Assembly (NCBI GenBank): GCA_965644295.1
Contig: CBFFRP010000395.1
Location: forward strand, 214,825 to 278,824
Reading direction: 5' to 3'
DNA: 64,000 nucleotides
DNA from: Paraphysomonas bandaiensis
Taxonomy: Eukaryota > Protista > Chrysophyceae
Position 1 is the first letter of the stretch. Each line of letters starts with the position of its first letter. A model generated the notes under the pieces. That model searched no databases and was not told the DNA's origin. It was given only the letters and a program-made list of their open reading frames with translations. The translations under genes and the position numbers were made by a program. Below, one piece after another: positions 61,070 through 64,000 of the stretch.

Positions 61070-61293
61070 TGTTGATGTTATTTACTTGAATGGTATAAGT
61101 TACTTGGATTGCTGATTGATGAATATGAATTATGCTCCATGCATGTGTATGTATATAGAGCATAAAATCAAACACACGTTGAAATTATTTCAACGGCTTC
61201 ACTAGAATTATATCTTCAAGAGCTGGTTTTTATCTATTGATATTTTCAGTTTTTTTGTTTGAATCTATTAATAGATGTGTGTGTGATATACAG

Positions 61294-61428
61294 CAGGGGT
61301 GGTTGTGCATACCGATTTTATTGATTTATTTCATTGAAAAGTCATCGTTTTTTAAGTGAAAAGTGAAAAAAAGTGACTTTTTAATGAAAAAACGATGACT
61401 TTTCAATGATATGCTCAACCACCCCCAG
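61294..61428. mobile_element. Fold-back MITE-like element of about 135 bp
   Basis: Outer inverted repeat GGGGTGGTTGTGCAT / ATGCTCAACCACCCC. Inner perfect 23-bp inverted repeat at 61331-61353 and 61387-61409. Confidence 0.7.
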
Positions 61429-61611
61429 CATAACAGCAGAGCAGCTGTATAGAGGAGTACACGACCGACCTCTGTACGTGGTATGTATATGTAACTGACT
61501 ATGCATATATACACATATATAGCTATATATTTAGTAACACTACATTGAGAGCTATACTCAAGAGATTGTGGAAGTATTACAACTGTTGGTTAACAACAGC
61601 ACAATTGAGTT

Positions 61612-63609
61612 GTGACTCATAGTCCTCATAATACTACATGGGATTACTTTCCTGTTAATGTTTTAGTTAGATGGTGTTGCCCTTCACATGACAGCTACTC
61701 ATTAAGGTCCTATTCATTAGTATTGAAAGTATCAGTTATTATTTCCAATGCCACAAATAGAAGAGGTTATACAAAGCTCAAACAATCTGACTCTGATTAC
61801 GGTGTGAATGATATTATAGTTGCTCGTTGTCATCTTATCTTTCATGTTTAACAGGCTAAAAAGACAGTACACTCATTGTCTGATTATTTACATATCAAGG
61901 GGCTATATTTGACTGCTAAATTGGATCCAGCGCATAACCCTTTGGGTATACAGGAGAATATTGACTTCATTATTCATTTCTTGGGCGTGGCTACAAATTT
62001 AAAGCATTGCAACTTTTGGAAGAGTTTGTCAATGTATACTGAATGACTTTTGTGTTTATCCTGTTTATTTTTACACTTCATGTCTAGGGACCAGAAGCAG
62101 GTGTTAGTTCGTTCAATGGCCCTTAGAGGTATGAGCTAATTATGCCCTAGATGTGTGCTGACCATAGAATAGATGAAAAATCCATGCAATTAGTCAGCAA
62201 GTCAACGTTGAAATATGCGGATGTTTACATACTGTTGAGCGGGAAGGGCTTGCTGGTATGCTGCAGGACTACTTGATTGACGTTCACTAATGTGTACCTT
62301 ATTAGGCCAATGTAAATAAAGATGCTCCCGGTAGAAAACCGATTAAGTTGAAAATGGGTGCTGTATTTGGCCCAATAGATACATTTGACTCTGAAACTGA
62401 CAATCCAGATCTCATTGTGACATATACGGCGACAATTACTGCTGGTACAGTTCTCCGTATCAAGTACTCAGATTTATTCAAAGCTAAATACGGCGATGCC
62501 CTTCGAGAACGCCAGGAAGAACAGACACTCACTCCAGATCTCAAAACTCTGCGAGATATTAATCACTACGGGAACAGCATATTGACTCCGGAAATGAATT
62601 TATTTCTGCGCAAGAATAACCTGTTGGCCACGAACCCAAGTGACATGGCTTTTAAGTATATATACCACGGCAGTATTGGGCGAAAAATTCCAGCTCAGAA
62701 AAAGGAACAGGACGTTCTCATAATTCTTGAGGGCAGTGTGCGCGTGGTTCTCGAGCGGAGTATTTACCACACTAGGGATGATGGGAATGAGGATGAGGAT
62801 GGGCACGATGGCGATCCAGGATCGATTACTTGTGTTAGAGAGGGAGAGCCTGCAGTCAATTTTAAGGTAGCTACGATATGTGCTTGCGTTAGCAACCCGA
62901 TAATGTATATATTTATAGACGCAGAATCTTCCTCTTGCTTTGTTAGAGGGTGGGTCTATGCTGCTACTAGATGAAGAAATGTTACGGGGGGAAGATGTCA
63001 AGCACACTGGAGATGTGGACGAGGAAGAAGTGGGACTGCCATCACTCCCTAACCCTCAGAAGCATGGTAGAGATAGGAGAGATGATTCGGACTCCTATAT
63101 ACAACATATGTCACTCCAGTTCGATAAGCCAACAACCTACCTTTGCATTCCATTGAGGCGTATACGAAATTGTCTTCAGAATGAGTCCTATCAAATGAAT
63201 TTAGGTATTTTACTTATTTACATCTGTTACATTTTCTCTTACAAAGTTGAGACAGATATTCGCGGACAGCTAAAAGTCGTTTGTAGCACATTGGCAGATC
63301 GCATCGAGAAAATAAAACCTTATCTAAGCGCTCCTCACGTTATCACCATCAAGAATCGCAAACCCAAAGTTGTACCAGTAGATCGCAAAGTTCTTACATG
63401 CAATGGAGATATTACGAGGTGCGTCCTGCATTGTTTTTGTATTTCTCTCACTCTTGCTGTACAGTGTAGCGTCGGATTTGATAGGAACATATAGTGACCA
63501 TGCTGCTATGCAAAAGAGTTTGCTACGATCTGCCTCAGAGCCTGCTTCATCGACAAACTCACCTAATACACCTGCTGCAGAATTGTGTCCCCAAGAAAGC
63601 AGTGCATAG
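61612..63609 (+). CDS. Uncharacterised multi-exon protein, possibly with degenerate cyclic-nucleotide-binding-like beta-barrels; start uncertain
   Basis: ORFs 62348-62974, 62940-63494 and 63403-63609 are separated by short GT-AG introns. Motifs VYILLSG...LKMGAVFG and VLIILEGSVRV...LLEGGSM. Confidence 0.55.
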
Positions 63610-63849
63610 TATGATTTGAATTTTTGTTGTGTTTGTTATATTTGTTTTCAATTTCTGAATGTAATATGTTAAAAGATGGCTCATACCGAAAGTTAGAACA
63701 GAACGCTTACAGCTAACTCTGTAAGAATCTCGTACGGAATTGAGATACACAATCCTGGCACATCTAGTCCGAAAAGCATGCATACAACCCTGACTTGATC
63801 GTCTTGAAGTGTATCACGAGAAGGAACATATATTTCCAACAGTAATTGT

Positions 63850-63981
63850 TAGATATAATGTATTATACTAAGTGTGAATAGAAGTAAGTGTTACTAAGTC
63901 TAAATAGAAGTAAGTGCTAGATATAATGTAGTATACTAAGTGTGTGAATAGAAGGAAGCACACTACTTACTTCTATTCACT
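63850..63981. repeat. Short direct and inverted repeat cluster (GTGAATAGAAGTAAGTG / CTTACTTCTATTCAC)
   Basis: TAGATATAATGTA.TATACTAAGTGTG occurs twice, and there is a hairpin at about 63944-63980. Confidence 0.65.
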
Positions 63982-64000
63982 ATTAGGATTCAGCTTAACA

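Noticed and set aside
957-63783. Numerous 60-150-aa antisense or overlapping ORFs in the ORF track
   Set aside because: They are shadows of real CDSs or of low-complexity DNA and carry no domain motifs.

Overview
Gene-dense eukaryotic DNA with short GT-AG introns (mostly about 45-125 bp). Gene content and intron style suggest a stramenopile/ochrophyte-like protist (inference). About 17 host genes: a 5'-truncated kinase-TIR fusion, a JAMM/MPN metalloprotease, an EF-hand/Tudor/IQ protein, a beta-lactamase-family pseudoenzyme, a VPS9 GEF, a GOLD/F-box protein, EXD2, FIGNL1, an RGS/IQ/WW protein, a CCCH + Cid1/Trf4-type nucleotidyltransferase + five-zinc-knuckle fusion, TMEM260, a MUL1-like RING ligase, a PSTTLRE-type CDK and three unknowns. 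The clearest mobile element is a very young 4.56-kb LTR retroelement (26792-31352). It has near-identical 581-bp LTRs, a tRNA-Ala-type PBS, a PPT and a 4-bp TSD confirmed by an adjacent empty-site duplicate, yet its single intact ORF encodes only Gag + protease. The window also shows a polarity pattern. Giant (ATAC)n arrays lie only at gene 5' ends, and the first 400-700 bp of many CDSs are very AT-rich. A hairpin-rich dispersed repeat family (5 copies) and hAT remnants lie only downstream of gene 3' ends. All calls were made by eye without database searches, and exon boundaries are approximate.
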